This document shows positions 19,196 through 28,744 of a DNA stretch of 64,000 bases, in pieces (the stretch's first letter is position 1; each line of letters starts with the position of its first letter). The DNA comes from a virus, in IMG/VR virus record IMGVR_UViG_3300031521_000012, positions 103,972-167,971 of that record; one strand, given 5' to 3'. Both the position numbers and the translations under genes were made by a program. Under the pieces are notes generated by a model. That model was given only the letters and a program-made list of their open reading frames with translations. It did no database searches and was not told the DNA's origin.

Positions 19196-21048
19196 TATGT
19201 AGTGCTTTTACGTAAAAATACTTTGATATCAACCGAGGGAAACCGGATCTCAAACATTGATTCAGGAACGGAATAAATAGTATTGTTAATAATTTTTATT
19301 TCACCTGTTTTTACGTCTAAAATATCTTGTGAGACAACATTATTAGAATATAACCCACCTTGTTTATTATAAACACGTAAACTAACGATGTTAATAACGC
19401 CATTGGCATCCAAAATTTGTCTTTGTAGTCTTCCTAGAAAGATATCTTGATTCATTTCGTGATTGTTAATATCCAAATAGTTTCTAACAATTGTTATAAT
19501 GCTATTAGCAACTTGATTATCTGCAATGTTTTCAACATATACATCAATATCGAAGGCTAAGTTAAATATTTTACCATCTTTAACTTCAACATAATCATTT
19601 ATCATTCTGTACTGGCTAAGATATTCAGTAATATTGTTTTTCAATAACGTATTACTTGAATTAGAAAGCTTTCCATCTGAACCGATATCCAATACTGATA
19701 TAACAATCTTATTATTAATTTTAAATGCATTGGCACGAAATGGTGAACCAAATTTTCCAGCCATTTTATATATCTGAAGCAAGTAGTCGGTTATTGAAAC
19801 ATCACGTTGCTGTGACGAAAAATTATATTTTATAAGTTGTCTAATCTGTTCAACGCTAAGTCCATCATTACCACCAATAGCAGGAATTGGGTTACTCACC
19901 TTTAAACTTCTAGTAACCGATTGTTGATAATCCTGACGAGAACCATTTGAGGTTAATGTGTAACTCCCCATTTGGGTTAATATTCTTGCGCCCACATTAG
20001 AATTAGAACCACCACCTGTTCGGTACTTAATAAAAAGAGTATAATTAGCTTTTAGTTTTTCGCCTAGAGCAGTATTATTTAGAAAATTCTCCAAAAAATA
20101 TTTATTACTAACACCTTCTTTAAGAAATCCACTCTTAAACGCATCACTATCGGCATCACCCGAACCAAACGTTATTTTACAATAACCATTAGGTGTAAAT
20201 TCTTTTATGAATTTTTTTGTAACATCAATCCATGTTGCTGTTTTTATTCCAGTAGGATTTGTTTGTGAACTCTGATAGTTTTCAGTGAAAACTCTTTGTT
20301 GTGCTAAGTAATCAACTTCATAATATCTATTAGTTGAATTATTGAATTCATTAGCTGTTGGTATAACAGAAAAATTAGTACCTTCCATCAATATAATACT
20401 ATCTATTTCAATAACATCAGGGTCTGGTAGTGTTAAACCGAAAAATGGAATAATATCGGTTGAATTGATAACACGTTTAAATATACTGGTTGTGCCATTT
20501 AACACAACCTCTCTTTTAGTTACATTATAGCTGACAATAATTCCATTCGAGTCTAAATTAGGTATAATTGATCGATTAGGGTCACCTAAACTACTAAGTG
20601 CCGAATTCCAATCAATTACATTCTGAGTTTCAAAGATTTTTCCACCACCAATTATTTGTGCACCAGCATCAAGAGTGGGATAATAAGAACCATCAGGGCG
20701 GTCACCCAAAACAGGAATTACCACCGTAAAGTCAACAATAGTAACTGAAGGTCGTTTAGCTGGTATGTTGAAACCCATGTTTTTAGCTATGTTTAATATA
20801 GATGCTCTTTGTTGGGCGTACTCAATTTGTGTTTCCTGAAAGTTACGATCTGTATTGATACTCAGGTTATTAGCGACACCAGCATTTAAATCAATAAGCA
20901 TTGCACCTATACTACTGTCTGTCAGGTCATTAAGAATTTCCCCATAATTTTGTCTGATTAGCGATATTAAATCCGTCCTAATTTCTCCAAATGTTCGGCT
21001 TCCAAAACGAATTATATTATTACTTGTATTATCTACTATTGTTGCCAT
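19195..21048 (-). CDS. baseplate wedge protein (T4 gp6/baseplate J-like)
   Basis: RTFGEIRTDL..SSIGAMLIDL..AQQRASILNIAKNMG..GGGSNSNV..AIGGNDGLSVEQIR..SQQRDVSITDY. Confidence 0.88.
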   Translation of the reverse strand: MATIVDNTSNNIIRFGSRTFGEIRTDLISLIRQNYGEILNDLTDSSIGAMLIDLNAGVANNLSINTDRNFQETQIEYAQQRASILNIAKNMGFNIPAKRPSVTIVDFTVVIPVLGDRPDGSYYPTLDAGAQIIGGGKIFETQNVIDWNSALSSLGDPNRSIIPNLDSNGIIVSYNVTKREVVLNGTTSIFKRVINSTDIIPFFGLTLPDPDVIEIDSIILMEGTNFSVIPTANEFNNSTNRYYEVDYLAQQRVFTENYQSSQTNPTGIKTATWIDVTKKFIKEFTPNGYCKITFGSGDADSDAFKSGFLKEGVSNKYFLENFLNNTALGEKLKANYTLFIKYRTGGGSNSNVGARILTQMGSYTLTSNGSRQDYQQSVTRSLKVSNPIPAIGGNDGLSVEQIRQLIKYNFSSQQRDVSITDYLLQIYKMAGKFGSPFRANAFKINNKIVISVLDIGSDGKLSNSSNTLLKNNITEYLSQYRMINDYVEVKDGKIFNLAFDIDVYVENIADNQVANSIITIVRNYLDINNHEMNQDIFLGRLQRQILDANGVINIVSLRVYNKQGGLYSNNVVSQDILDVKTGEIKIINNTIYSVPESMFEIRFPSVDIKVFLRKSTT

Positions 21049-21058
21049 TGTTTATATT

Positions 21059-21457
21059 TTAAAAATTTAAGTTTAATTCACCTTGTTCTGAAAAAAAATC
21101 TTCACTGTAAGTGAATCTAATATTAACATTCAATTGTGTATCTGGAATTACTTCGCCATTGTCATCTAAGTACTGCTTAAAAGTAACACTATCAATAGTT
21201 AACGCTGGTATATATAATGAAACTGTTGTTTTAATATCTTGTTCAATATCACCTTCAGTTATATTATCATTTGGTTCGAAAATAAATTTCAATAAATTAG
21301 TCCCATAATCTGGTTCGTAATACCTTTCACCCTTTTCAGTTAATAACAATAAAATTAAATCCGACCTAAATGCATCTTTAGTTACTTTAGTCATTTGAAA
21401 AAATGTGTTGGTAGATACGTCATCAACCAATGGAAATTTAATATTATATGAAAACAT
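21059..21457 (-). CDS. baseplate wedge subunit, gp25/GPW family
   Basis: LLLTEKGERYYEPDYGTNLLKFIFEP. Confidence 0.92.
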   Translation of the reverse strand: MFSYNIKFPLVDDVSTNTFFQMTKVTKDAFRSDLILLLLTEKGERYYEPDYGTNLLKFIFEPNDNITEGDIEQDIKTTVSLYIPALTIDSVTFKQYLDDNGEVIPDTQLNVNIRFTYSEDFFSEQGELNLNF

Positions 21458-21888
21458 TATTCGCTCTTTTTATCTAAAATCAAATTATAATTATTTATCA
21501 GTTCATTATGTAAATCTTCGTGAACGCCATGCAATTCAGCTACTATATTTTCTTGAACAATTATTTGTGTTTCAAGTATTGTTTCAATTTTTATTGTAAG
21601 TTCTTCAATTTTTTTAATCAGTTCTAATTGAAGTACTGCTCTTTCTTCAGCCTTTTTATTTGTAATGTTTTGACCTACCTGTAATAAAGGCATAAACATA
21701 AGTTGTATTAGATTGCTGATAAATAGTAACAACGGAAACCATTGCCCATCAAATCTCATGCTCGTTGGAACTAACGAATTATATACAATCCAGCATCCAT
21801 ATGATATAATAATGCTCCAGAAAAATTGCATACTTCCGCCTAAATTTGTTAAATATCCAGATGTTCTTTCGTTAAATTTATTGAACAT
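21457..21888 (-). CDS. DUF1003-like membrane protein
   Basis: GSMQFFW...FDGQWFPLLLFISNLIQLMFMPLLQVGQN; two hydrophobic helices plus coiled coil. Confidence 0.7.
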   Translation of the reverse strand: MFNKFNERTSGYLTNLGGSMQFFWSIIISYGCWIVYNSLVPTSMRFDGQWFPLLLFISNLIQLMFMPLLQVGQNITNKKAEERAVLQLELIKKIEELTIKIETILETQIIVQENIVAELHGVHEDLHNELINNYNLILDKKSE

Positions 21889-21906
21889 AAATAATTGAAT
21901 TTAATC

Positions 21907-21914
21907 ATAAATAC
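21907..21914 (-). promoter_or_regulatory. GTATTTAT motif
   Basis: Upstream of 21888, head of the baseplate operon, after a terminator. Confidence 0.65.
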
Positions 21915-21922
21915 TTATAAAC

Positions 21923-21954
21923 AAAAAAATCCCGATCATAAGGTCGGGATTTTT
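21923..21954. terminator. rho-independent terminator (possibly bidirectional)
   Basis: aaaaatcccga / tcgggattttt. Confidence 0.8.
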
Positions 21955-21977
21955 GTTACATCACATAGTATTAATAA

Positions 21978-22439
21978 TTATTCGGCAGATTTCTTGGTTT
22001 TCTTAGCCTTTTTTTGTGCTTTAGCTTCGTCTTCCTTCTGTTTTTGAACATCATAAAGACTCTTAATCGATTCTTTCAACGTAATGATCTTATCATGCCC
22101 ATATTTCTTTAATACGCCTGTATGTGTATTAAAATTTGGTTTTTCTGATGAAAGAGTATCGGTATCACTTACTCCAACACCTGCAAGACATTCATCGATT
22201 GCTAATTTTTGCATATCTAGCGGTAAGCCAACTAAGATACTTTCATTGATAACAACAGCAAAGTTAACACCTTCGCTAAGTAATTCAACAATCTGATTTG
22301 ATCTAACTAGTTTGCATAATTCTTTTTGCTTATCATTACACAGAACTTTAAACTCGACCCATTGTGGAATAGTGCTATTATCACGTATTTCATCGAAAAT
22401 TTTTACTACATCTTCCGATGCTTCTTCAATTTTTGCCAT
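21978..22439 (-). CDS. phage metallopeptidase-like protein with degenerate HExxH
   Basis: NFAVVINE..QKLAIDECLAG..PNFNTHTGVLKKYG resembles the putative phage metallopeptidase layout. Confidence 0.5.
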   Translation of the reverse strand: MAKIEEASEDVVKIFDEIRDNSTIPQWVEFKVLCNDKQKELCKLVRSNQIVELLSEGVNFAVVINESILVGLPLDMQKLAIDECLAGVGVSDTDTLSSEKPNFNTHTGVLKKYGHDKIITLKESIKSLYDVQKQKEDEAKAQKKAKKTKKSAE

Positions 22440-22444
22440 AAACT

Positions 22445-22906
22445 TTAATTTATTAAGGATTTATATTTAACATTTAATTCTTCAATTTTTGAATACAGAT
22501 CACCATACAGCTTATTATCAGCAGTAAGCTTTTCAGCAAACACCTTTTCCATTTCATCAATAAACGAAAACATATCTTCAATTGATGCTTTAACCATATC
22601 TTCGATTTCAATCAACGTGGTAAAGTTCTTCATTACTGAATCTCTTTCTTTCAGTTCAGCCATTTTGATTTCATATTCGGTATTAGCTGCTGTTGCCACT
22701 TCTTTATCAACAGGAGCAACATATCCACCGTTTTCTTCAATAAATTTATCCATATTTTCCTTACGTTTATTAAGTTCTTCCATGTTATGATCTTGCTTTA
22801 GATCAGCCAATGCAGTTATTTCGGTAATTTTTTTAGCTGCTTCGGAATTAAATTCTCCTTTTTCAACAGCATTTTGTAAGTTTTTTAAAAAATCGCTATT
22901 TGCCAT
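22445..22906 (-). CDS. hypothetical helical protein
   Basis: ORF track. Confidence 0.7.
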   Translation of the reverse strand: MANSDFLKNLQNAVEKGEFNSEAAKKITEITALADLKQDHNMEELNKRKENMDKFIEENGGYVAPVDKEVATAANTEYEIKMAELKERDSVMKNFTTLIEIEDMVKASIEDMFSFIDEMEKVFAEKLTADNKLYGDLYSKIEELNVKYKSLIN

Positions 22907-22938
22907 TATTAGTTATTTTCAATAATCATTATTTTTTA

Positions 22939-23856
22939 TTAGTACGCTCCCATGTCTTGCATTTCAATTCCTTCGAATTTCCAAACCTCATGAGTATCGT
23001 TATACCTTATTCTTTTTATAAATTTATTTATTCCATATCCGATTAGTTTTCCATAATCATCTTTGACAAAAATAGAAGTAAAATTCGTAATATCCAAGAA
23101 TATTTCAGAATTTTCTTCAACATCTTCTGTTTTAAATTTCAACGGTATGAAAAACTCTAACTGTCTGAATTCGAAGCCTATCTTTTTCACATGCAAGAAT
23201 TCAGTAAGTTGTTCAATTTTATTTATTATGTTTTCGTCTTCACGATATGCCTTTATGGGGAACCTAAACTGTTTGGATTTCCTAAACACGTCTACAACCT
23301 GATACTCGAATTCGCTACCTTCCTTTTCGATCTTCTCAACCACATCCAAGACTTTAGAAAATCCAACCTCAATGGGTTTATTATTATAAATCTGTAACAA
23401 TTCATAATCATCATCCTTTGTACGTCTTTCTTCTAAATCCAATGCTATAACTTCTGCAATGGTCTTACCCGAATGCCTATGTTTTTCATCGAAAAAACCA
23501 TAATGCTCCCATCGTCTGCCATACTGATCTTTTAATCCGTAATTGCTTCCATGCTTATCACCAGCTAACGCCATTTTGTGTGGAGTTGCTGTTTTTATGA
23601 ACTTATCAGCCTTCATTAATAACTCATAGTAGCTATTTACCATTTGTTCGTTTTTAACACCACTTAGTAGCATTTCAATAAACGGATTGTGATGCAACAT
23701 TCTTTGCGACTGTCGTTTACCATCTTTATCCGATGAATTACTTTCAGCATGTAATACATCATACTCTGTTCGATGCATTGCTAATGCCAATGCCATCATA
23801 TATACACGAAATTTTATATATGTCCAAAGCAATATTCTACTCAGTAGTTTTCTCAT
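22939..23856 (-). CDS. hypothetical protein (hydrophobic N-terminus)
   Basis: ORF track, 305 aa. Confidence 0.7.
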   Translation of the reverse strand: MRKLLSRILLWTYIKFRVYMMALALAMHRTEYDVLHAESNSSDKDGKRQSQRMLHHNPFIEMLLSGVKNEQMVNSYYELLMKADKFIKTATPHKMALAGDKHGSNYGLKDQYGRRWEHYGFFDEKHRHSGKTIAEVIALDLEERRTKDDDYELLQIYNNKPIEVGFSKVLDVVEKIEKEGSEFEYQVVDVFRKSKQFRFPIKAYREDENIINKIEQLTEFLHVKKIGFEFRQLEFFIPLKFKTEDVEENSEIFLDITNFTSIFVKDDYGKLIGYGINKFIKRIRYNDTHEVWKFEGIEMQDMGAY

Positions 23857-23928
23857 AGTTTAAATTTATTCTGATAATTCAATTTTTCCTAAATCATTCA
23901 ACGAAAAATATTCAATGTTTTTTATCCC

Positions 23929-24489
23929 CTAAAAAAGAGTATTGGATTCATTATCGTTGTTATAATCGTAATTATGTTCCGTTTTCAGCTTTTTATGATG
24001 TTCACTCTTAATAATATGATATTCTAAGGCTCTATCAAGACGTTGTTCAGGTGTTGTATTTTTAACATAATCGTCCATAATTTCATTTTGTTTTCTTATC
24101 ACCTTACCCCAATTTTCAAAGCTTTTGAGGCTATCATAAAGTTTTCTTTCAAATATGAACATATAAATTCTAGTGAAAAACATAGCACATTTGCTTTTCA
24201 ATGGAAGAACTATTGGTTCATTACGCTGAGACAATTTGCCATCATGATCAGGATAATGAACGGCAGCATAAAAGAATTTCCGATATCTATCACAATCAAT
24301 CCTTAAAAGGATTGATTGTTTAACTTTAGCTCTGCGTAGAGTTTCATTATCCACACCATAAGCTCTCTTTCCAAATATAGCCAAAAACCTTGGGTCTGTC
24401 GTTATCAAAAATCTTCGAACTAAAGATTTATAAATATTGTTTCTTATTTTTTCACAATAAAAATTGTATACATTTCTTAGATATTTCAT
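23929..24489 (-). CDS. hypothetical protein
   Basis: ORF track, 186 aa. Confidence 0.6.
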   Translation of the reverse strand: MKYLRNVYNFYCEKIRNNIYKSLVRRFLITTDPRFLAIFGKRAYGVDNETLRRAKVKQSILLRIDCDRYRKFFYAAVHYPDHDGKLSQRNEPIVLPLKSKCAMFFTRIYMFIFERKLYDSLKSFENWGKVIRKQNEIMDDYVKNTTPEQRLDRALEYHIIKSEHHKKLKTEHNYDYNNDNESNTLF

Positions 24490-24502
24490 GAGTTTAATTT
24501 TT

Positions 24503-25885
24503 TTATGTAGTCTCTAATGTTTTAGCAACTATTGCTTTATAAAATTCAGCACGCTTTTTTGTAACGGTTGCAAGATTATATTTATCTTTAAAATCTTCAT
24601 AAAGTTGTTCACCTAACCTTTTTCTTAAATCAGCATCTAAGATAAGGTTTTTTAAATGTTTCTGCCAATCCTTGTATGCTTGTTTACCTGTTGGTATTAA
24701 TACGCAGTTTTCTAAATGTTTTCCATCTACGTTATATGGTGGAATATCTGAGCAAACGATTGGAAGCTTTCTGCTCCAGCACTCAACTTGTTTCAAATTT
24801 GATTTCATTTTATTGAAATCATTGTCTTCAAGTGGTGCAATAACAATATCTGTTTCGTCTAATACGCTAGCATACATGTTAGCCTTTTGTGTCCAACGTC
24901 TTCCAAAGCTTCCTTCATCACTATATTTAACGTTTCTCTCATAGTTCATAAGCCACTGCATATAATCAGGATTGGTTATGAGTCTATGATTATCAGTTAA
25001 AACATTTTCATAATGTAAATATACACTTTCATCTGATTTAATATCACGTTTATTCGTGATAAATATTTTATCTCTATATTTTTCCTTTATTGCTTTAGAT
25101 ATTTTAGGTATCTTATCAACATCACCTCTTGAGCTATTAATAGCTTTCACTACTTCGTGCACCCATAAACCCTTTTTCTTGAGTTCTTCACCGAATTCCT
25201 GATTGAACGTAATATCTGTTGTGCTACCTTCAGTATCCCATCCAGCTAAAATCACCTTGAATTTATCTTTCAAACGATAATCTGAATTCAATACATTCAT
25301 TACACCTTCAAGTTGTTCAATATCTCCACTGTGGCTTGAACCTGCCATATATGTGATTCTCACACGACCATCAGGGTCAGGTTTCCAGTTGTTTTGGAAC
25401 TGTTTCATCCACGTAGGGTCAATTGAATTATATAATACTTCGACATTATCTCTACCAGTTGCTTTCCTTATTTCATTAGCAAATAAATCACTTGTTGTTG
25501 TAACATAATCAGCAATTTTTAGATTTTGTATGATAGGCGCTGCCATTTTATTTTCAACGCTCATTGCATAGAAAGGGTGCTTTTTATGTAGATTCCAATA
25601 ATCATCAATATCTACAACCAATAAAGTACCTGTTTTTCTCAACTCATTACTTAGTTTAATCATCTGACTGACATCATCCAAAAACTGACGATGATAATGA
25701 ATAATATGAAATGTTTTTAAATATTCAAGTATATTGGGGTCATTAAAGTCAATCGTTGGATTGATTTCTACATAAAATTCATCAGAATGATTTCTTTCTA
25801 GTTCCATTGCTGGTGTAAGTGTTCTGAAATAATTAACTCCAGCGGAATCCCGGTTGTAAAATAATATTCTAATTTTTCTGTCCAT
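24503..25885 (-). CDS. GT-B (GT4-like) glycosyltransferase
   Basis: GVNYFR..VVDIDDYW..ADYVTTTS..DIVIAPL..FNKMKSNLKQVEC..PIVCSDIPPY. Confidence 0.85.
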   Translation of the reverse strand: MDRKIRILFYNRDSAGVNYFRTLTPAMELERNHSDEFYVEINPTIDFNDPNILEYLKTFHIIHYHRQFLDDVSQMIKLSNELRKTGTLLVVDIDDYWNLHKKHPFYAMSVENKMAAPIIQNLKIADYVTTTSDLFANEIRKATGRDNVEVLYNSIDPTWMKQFQNNWKPDPDGRVRITYMAGSSHSGDIEQLEGVMNVLNSDYRLKDKFKVILAGWDTEGSTTDITFNQEFGEELKKKGLWVHEVVKAINSSRGDVDKIPKISKAIKEKYRDKIFITNKRDIKSDESVYLHYENVLTDNHRLITNPDYMQWLMNYERNVKYSDEGSFGRRWTQKANMYASVLDETDIVIAPLEDNDFNKMKSNLKQVECWSRKLPIVCSDIPPYNVDGKHLENCVLIPTGKQAYKDWQKHLKNLILDADLRKRLGEQLYEDFKDKYNLATVTKKRAEFYKAIVAKTLETT

Positions 25886-25904
25886 TTTATTTTGCTTAAT
25901 TATA

Positions 25905-26429
25905 TTAATTTAATTTATAGTAATAATAGTTTAATGTTAAAACATTTTCGTCCTTCACTGACATATCAAAAATCACCATCTTATTATCAGCATTTTCGCT
26001 TCTCATTAATTTTAATTCGTTAATGTCATCCAATATTGACGTTAGATCATCGATTGATTCATCTAAATTTACAGTTCTTCTGATAACCTCAAATCTGCTG
26101 AAAACTTCACCATTAAATCTAAAGATAGGCAATGCATATCCTACAGATTGATTGAAAATAATTTTCATAAAGAACTTGTTTAATTCTTCTTTATGCCTTT
26201 CAGCTATGCTAATCTTATTAACGAATAATCCAATCTTTGTTAATGGATCAAATGTAATTCCAAACGTTCCATTCTGCTCAGAAATAAAATTAAATTCTTT
26301 CAATATATCAAATATATAAACTCTCTTTAAATTTTTATATTCATTATAGAAATCGAATACATTAAAATCATTAAAATTAATAGGGCATATTCCTTTATTG
26401 TTTTTATCCACGTTTTTAATATTTATCAT
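25905..26429 (-). CDS. hypothetical protein
   Basis: ORF track (to 26468); first ATG at 26429, start uncertain. Confidence 0.55.
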   Translation of the reverse strand: MINIKNVDKNNKGICPINFNDFNVFDFYNEYKNLKRVYIFDILKEFNFISEQNGTFGITFDPLTKIGLFVNKISIAERHKEELNKFFMKIIFNQSVGYALPIFRFNGEVFSRFEVIRRTVNLDESIDDLTSILDDINELKLMRSENADNKMVIFDMSVKDENVLTLNYYYYKLN

Positions 26430-26535
26430 AAATACGTGCACATTTTGCAAAAGTTGCAGAATCTGCAAAAAAAGCTAAAATATTTTGTATTATATCATAT
26501 TATACGCATTCGATAAAAAAATATTGAATGTTAAC

Positions 26536-26564
26536 AAAAAAAAAGCCAGCAATTACGCTGGCTT
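26536..26564 (-). terminator. rho-independent terminator
   Basis: aagccagc-N6-gctggctt with a 9-T tail on the minus strand. Confidence 0.85.
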
Positions 26565-26592
26565 CACAATGTTTTAAATAAAAATAGTTGTT

Positions 26593-26922
26593 TTATTTTG
26601 ATGATTTTTTCCTATTCTGTTTTAATTCAGTATCATCGGTTTCAACAGGCACAATTGGTTGAGCAACGGGCTTAGCTTGACTAGCTTGTATTGAAGCTAA
26701 TTCGCTCTTGCTAATTTCATCAACGGTTATTAGGTTTTTCATCCTTAGTCCGTGAACCGAAATTGGTAATGATGATGCACTTAAATAAACAACCTCTGTT
26801 GGTTTAACGGAAATTATTTTCTTTTTCATATCATCTACGTATTCAATATTTACTATGGTGTTGAATTTAATATCACGCTTACCTAGCATATCGGTAATGT
26901 TTGTAATTTTATATGTATTCAT
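26593..26922 (-). CDS. hypothetical protein
   Basis: ORF track. Confidence 0.7.
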   Translation of the reverse strand: MNTYKITNITDMLGKRDIKFNTIVNIEYVDDMKKKIISVKPTEVVYLSASSLPISVHGLRMKNLITVDEISKSELASIQASQAKPVAQPIVPVETDDTELKQNRKKSSK

Positions 26923-26928
26923 AATTTT

Positions 26929-27744
26929 TTATTTTAGTCCTTGAATTAATGTATCGCCATATTTAATACCATCAAAACCCATCTTCATTGCTTTTTGTGC
27001 ATTTGCCTTGGTCTTTATGTTAATAGCTGGCATGTTATATTTTTCACCTAGTTTTTCAAAATTTACATTCGGAAACCATATTTTAGCTAGAATGTCAACT
27101 GGCTGTTGACTATCTTTATATGCAATCCCCAATGAATTTGTATCCAAAAGATTATCAAATTCGATTTCATATTTACTATATCCCTCAATAGGATTAATAG
27201 TAAAAAAGTTACCAACAACGGAATTATTCTTAATTGGGTCTCGTCTATATGCTATGATCTTTTGCTGATTAAGACTTGGGGTTTCAGTTTGAATGTTAAA
27301 ATTATCTTCATCCAACGAAGATAGAAATTGATCTTCATCATCACCATAATAATTTATAGCATCTTGCATTTCAACTTCTTCAATACCTTGTGAACCTTCA
27401 TATTCGTAAATATCCTGTATCTTATTTAAAATACGACAAGCATCATTTTTATTTAACATGACCATAACTGCTTTTAGATTAACACCATCCAATATAGCTT
27501 TAATTTGGCGATGATGTCCATCAATTACATTAAAATCCATATCTATATAGATTGGTTTAAGATCGTTTATTTCTGCTTTTCCTACTTCATCAGCAAATAC
27601 TATTTGTTGAGATACGTTTAATTTATTTGGGTCGGCATCCACTATTTTATAGCCAATACCCTCATCATCCAGTTTCTGTAACACAATACTGTATGGTAAA
27701 TTCAACTGAGGCATGAAGTAAGGTTTGTAGCGAGCATCAATCAT
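26929..27744 (-). CDS. ParB/Srx-like nuclease domain fused to possible ART-like C-terminal domain
   Basis: PIYIDMDFNVIDGHHR; acidic linker; C-terminal AYR..GNFFT..NLLD..GFDGIKY. Confidence 0.7.
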   Translation of the reverse strand: MIDARYKPYFMPQLNLPYSIVLQKLDDEGIGYKIVDADPNKLNVSQQIVFADEVGKAEINDLKPIYIDMDFNVIDGHHRQIKAILDGVNLKAVMVMLNKNDACRILNKIQDIYEYEGSQGIEEVEMQDAINYYGDDEDQFLSSLDEDNFNIQTETPSLNQQKIIAYRRDPIKNNSVVGNFFTINPIEGYSKYEIEFDNLLDTNSLGIAYKDSQQPVDILAKIWFPNVNFEKLGEKYNMPAINIKTKANAQKAMKMGFDGIKYGDTLIQGLK

Positions 27745-27757
27745 AAAATATTTTATT

Positions 27758-27765
27758 ATAAATAC
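27758..27765 (-). promoter_or_regulatory. GTATTTAT motif
   Basis: 13 bp upstream of 27744. Confidence 0.65.
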
Positions 27766-27772
27766 GCAAATC

Positions 27773-28675
27773 TTATTTTTTTATTTCCTTATCAATAAAA
27801 TCCCAATTGCTTAATGGAATCCACCCATATTTAGTGTTTATTTCTAATTCGCTAACTGGAATCTCTTTAGTTGTTATCCATTCATAGCCATCTTTCTTAT
27901 TGAACTTTGGTGATTGCTGAAAATCATCGGTTAATTTAGTTCTTAATACAACTGCTTTATTATCTCCACCTTTCATGTTAGCATAGTAATTAGCAACGTT
28001 AAGATCACTTGTAAACGAAGTAAATTGTTCATTGGCAGCATCGGGTCTCATTCTACCTTCACGCTGTATATGATACCCTGCGCCATCAGAAGTGCCATGA
28101 TAAATATAATTACCAGCAACAAAATCTTTAATTACTTCATCGATAATACCACCTACATTAAATTCAGACTCAACTAATGCAAAGTTGCCATCATGTGCCT
28201 CATATATATTAAATGTAATATGTTGAGGAAGCAAATGTTTAATACCTTGGTATGATTCAATATCAGTATCTCTATCATCAAAAACACTGATCTCAACTAA
28301 ATCTGGAAATTTAGCAACATATTGTAATATTTTCTCACCCTTAGTTAATTCGCTATGCTTCATATCGAGTTTATCAACATGAATGTTGTTTATATCTAAA
28401 ATTGCTTGAACTTCAGGGCGTAATTTCTCCATTCTTGATGTTAATACAATTACATAGGTATCAGGAGTATTCTTTTCCTTTAAATATTGTTGATACATAC
28501 TAGGAAATGGCTTAATATCAAAGATATTTAAGTCTAAACTTTCTTTCCTGCCCCACCAGCCAATATATGGAAAAGGTCTATTATAGTAATTAGCCCATGC
28601 AATTTTTCCCTCTTCAGGCAATGCTGTGGGGAATAACGTAGCATCTAAATCAAACGCCACCAGTCTTTTAATCAT
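27773..28675 (-). CDS. HAD phosphatase (Swiss-Army-Knife RNA-repair type) fused to ADP-ribosyltransferase-fold domain
   Basis: FDLDATLF, WW, LTSR, K, FDDR; C-terminal YHGTS..TSFTSD..A..YA..YEWI. Confidence 0.75.
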   Translation of the reverse strand: MIKRLVAFDLDATLFPTALPEEGKIAWANYYNRPFPYIGWWGRKESLDLNIFDIKPFPSMYQQYLKEKNTPDTYVIVLTSRMEKLRPEVQAILDINNIHVDKLDMKHSELTKGEKILQYVAKFPDLVEISVFDDRDTDIESYQGIKHLLPQHITFNIYEAHDGNFALVESEFNVGGIIDEVIKDFVAGNYIYHGTSDGAGYHIQREGRMRPDAANEQFTSFTSDLNVANYYANMKGGDNKAVVLRTKLTDDFQQSPKFNKKDGYEWITTKEIPVSELEINTKYGWIPLSNWDFIDKEIKK

Positions 28676-28720
28676 AATTTATTTTTTTTCGTAATCGATA
28701 GTAATTAAAATTATTTTTCG

Positions 28721-28739
28721 TGTATTTATTATAAATACA
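28721..28739. promoter_or_regulatory. palindromic double GTATTTAT motif between divergent genes
   Basis: tgtatttat-t-ataaataca, a perfect inverted repeat. Confidence 0.7.
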
Positions 28740-28744
28740 AAACT

